From Penicillus capitatus (taxonomy: Eukaryota; Plantae; Chlorophyta), in assembly GCA_965649825.1 (NCBI GenBank), contig OZ287699.1, forward strand, positions 1,535,287-1,599,286: 64,000 nt of DNA, written 5' to 3'. Under the pieces are notes generated by a model, which ran no database searches, had not been told where the DNA came from, and saw nothing but the letters and a program-made list of their open reading frames with translations. Shown piece after piece: positions 61,561 to 64,000 of this stretch; the stretch's first letter is position 1; each line of letters opens with the position of its first letter. Position numbers and translations under genes: made by a program.

Positions 61561-62601
61561 ATGGAACAACGGATCCGAGTTATTGAAGAATGGATAAAGA
61601 CGGTAGAGCTGTTGAACAACGAAAAGCTACCGGCGCTCGAGAGGCAAGTCGAAGACAACCGTAGCAAGCTACGCGGTCGGCAGAAAGAAATCGAAAAAGC
61701 CGTGGAAACGCACATGAGAGGAGCCGATGAACAGAGCTCGGAGCTGAAAAGGCTAAGGGAAGAGCTAGAAGAACTCAAAAAGGGCAGCGTCGAGCGTCAG
61801 CAGGAAATGATGACCATCGGCAGCGACGTGTCCCATATGAGATCTACGCTCGAGTGCATGGATGAAGGTGCCAAACGCGACGGACAAAGGGTAGGCGCCG
61901 TTGAGACGGAGGTGGAGAACCTCAAGAAACGCGTCGTGGCGATGGCATCGTCAACGCCCAGTAGCACGCCAATCGCTCGCACAGCGACGACATCGACGCA
62001 TTCGAGGTCGAGCCACTCGACTGGCAGCGGTACCGTGGGTCCAAAACTACACTGGACTCAGAAACTAAGCAAAATGTCGTTCGAGGACATAAACGTGTTC
62101 GGAAAACTTTTTAAGGACTATTGCTCAGTGACAGGGCTTTCGCCCCCAGAAGAGAGGCTGATCTTAATGCAGTCACTTGAAGGAGCAGTCCTGAAGCATG
62201 CTGCGGCATTACCAGCCAACCTGACAGCAAAGGAGATACTAGAACGCCTCCTCGATCGTCTGAAGCCGACACAGGCCGGTGCCTGGCAAAAACTGTTAAA
62301 GATTCGACAGAGAAATGGGGAGAATCTGAATGACTGCATCGTGCGATTTATGGCAGCTGCCGATCTACTCCAGTCGGCATGGTTGAACGAGGAACAGAAG
62401 ATTGAGATCTTCTTGGAGAGTCTCGTCCGACATTGGTGCGTAACAGCAAAGGGATTGAAACGCACAATGCCCGGAACTTCCTTCGAGGATTTTGTCATTA
62501 CTTCAGACGTTGTAAACAAACGATTGCTTACAAAAGAAAGAGAGTGTCTTCCGTTGTTCACGCCCCTCCTTAAGTACCTCCCGATCAAGAGGGGCGACTA
62601 A
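61561..62601 (+). CDS. Retrotransposon Gag-like protein (N-terminal coiled coil + retrotrans_gag core)
   Basis: Open frame. LMQSLEGAVLKHA..AWQKLLKIRQRNGENLNDCIVRF..FLESL is the typical gag capsid pattern. No zinc knuckle. Confidence 0.8.
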   Translation: MEQRIRVIEEWIKTVELLNNEKLPALERQVEDNRSKLRGRQKEIEKAVETHMRGADEQSSELKRLREELEELKKGSVERQQEMMTIGSDVSHMRSTLECMDEGAKRDGQRVGAVETEVENLKKRVVAMASSTPSSTPIARTATTSTHSRSSHSTGSGTVGPKLHWTQKLSKMSFEDINVFGKLFKDYCSVTGLSPPEERLILMQSLEGAVLKHAAALPANLTAKEILERLLDRLKPTQAGAWQKLLKIRQRNGENLNDCIVRFMAAADLLQSAWLNEEQKIEIFLESLVRHWCVTAKGLKRTMPGTSFEDFVITSDVVNKRLLTKERECLPLFTPLLKYLPIKRGD

Positions 62602-62726
62602 TACGTCGTTGATGCGATGACTACAAGTGCCATGATGAGTCATCGCTTAATACTGTAGGAGTCCACATACGCTTCGGCTGCAAACTTCGAAAACAACAAA
62701 AAAACCATCATTCTTCGCTTCGCACT

Positions 62727-64000
62727 TCAATCATAGTATTCTTTAATTCGGCTCGAGTGAACTGGATTCCTCACTGGCCCATGAATACGCCATCTGCATC
62801 TTCCTACCCTCTCTGCTAACGTATATGGACCTCTCCATGTTGCAGGTTTGCCAGCTTCTGGGTAAAAGACTAGCACTCTTCTTCCAGTTCTTAAGGGTGG
62901 TGACGAGGCTGCGATTTTTCTGTGGCTTCGCTTCGTAGTGGCTTCTCTTGATTTTCTGCAATTTTGGATCGCCTTTGCCCTCCATGTCTTCAGTCTCTCG
63001 TTGTCGATTTGTTCTCCATTGCGTGTCACGCACCAAAAGAGCTCATTAGGCGTATATTTCGTTACGCCATGAACGGCATCATTGATTACGTCCTCGAGGC
63101 GCTTACTGTCGATCGGAAGCTCTTGGTTCGCGGTCATCTTTTCCACTCTCGTCTTGATGTTCCCGACAAGGCGCTCCACACGGCCATTAGTATGTGCGGT
63201 ATAGGTGGGAGAATAGTAATGTGTGATCTGCCGATCGGTGCAAAAGGCACGCAATAGACGACCACAAAATGCTTGGCCTTGATCTGAAAATATAGCTTCT
63301 ATGCCTCCATGTCTTGCCACGGTGGCATTCCACCATCTCGTGAGGGCCTTGATCACGGTTTCTTCGTTTGGGTACGTCGTTATCGTCAACTGGCAGAACC
63401 TGGTTAGCCCGTCGACGATTGCTAAGACGTGCTTGTTCTTCTTTTGATATCTTCCCAGCTTGATTGGTCCTAGGAAGTCGAGGAACAACATGTGGTTTGC
63501 CACGGGGCATTCGATGCCTCTCCATTCGTCTCTAAGACGGGGTCTGGCTCCTCTTTGACAACCCTCGCAGCTTCGCACGAACTCTTCAACATCCGTTCGG
63601 GCCGATGGCCATATGCTTCCGTCCCTTTTGAGGTGCTCCCATGTTCGTCAAGAGCTCCTGCAACGCCGCAGTTCTTCGGCTCAGTTCTGGAATGAAGTGT
63701 CGGGCCGCGTTGAGAGTCCCCAATAAACTCTGGAGCTCTCTCTTTGTCTCGATCGCGCCGCCCACCTTCCTTCTGCGTTCCCGCAGGTACCTCTCCGCAC
63801 TCACGCTTCCGCCGGATCTTAGTTCGTACCCCAGGAACTCCACCTCCGATTTCCCGGATTCGATCTTCTTCGACTGCACCTGCAGGCCATAGCTCTCCGA
63901 CGTTGTCAGCAAGCCTGCCGTTCGTACATCCAGTTCCCTTAGAGTCCGGCCCCCACAATCGCATCATCAAGATAATGTAAAACGGGATGGCCCGCGCAAG
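62727..64000 (-). mobile_element. Ty3/Gypsy pol: RT C-terminus joined directly to integrase (RNase H deleted); continues beyond the window
   Basis: YLDD at 63963-63974 (frameshift after it), VEFLGY, KRELQSLLGTLN; then WP..DVEEFVRSCEGCQ, LFLDFLGP, SDQG, NGRVER, WRGPY (integrase core open for 283 aa). Confidence 0.9.

Noticed and set aside
5900-64000. Helitron or Pack-MULE as the carrier of the fragments
   Set aside because: No Rep/helicase or transposase, and no convincing TC...CTRR ends or long TIRs in the window. It cannot be excluded from outside the window.

Overview
Eukaryotic nuclear DNA, most likely a flagellate-stage chlorophyte green alga. This is an inference from green-lineage CNPY, plastid-type ZDS and Obg fragments, IFT172, short (~35-60 nt) GT-AG introns and TGTAA motifs after several stops. 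The first ~5.5 kb holds two apparently intact genes (IFT172, CNPY). From ~5.9 kb onward the window is a mosaic of intron-containing but decayed or truncated fragments of unrelated genes: modular PKS x4, CPSF160, ProRS, CSE1, ZDS, PRODH, TBC, Obg, SAC1, XPF, NPC1/Patched and others. Mobile DNA is interleaved: one intact 5.04-kb LINE (14-bp TSD), one 5'-truncated copy of it (15-bp TSD), two Ty3/Gypsy relics, and five copies of a ~200-bp TG...CA element with 5-bp TSDs (probable solo LTR). The most unexpected signal is a dispersed family of highly diverged, two-exon, ~145-165 aa helical/coiled-coil genes that I cannot assign to any known family (4 near-complete members, 3 partial). The four near-complete members share a phase-1 intron and an upstream TATTTATT, and sit beside minisatellites or a large GATC-centred palindrome. 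Three members of the family are hit by the ~200-bp element. All alignments were done by eye and no database searches were run.
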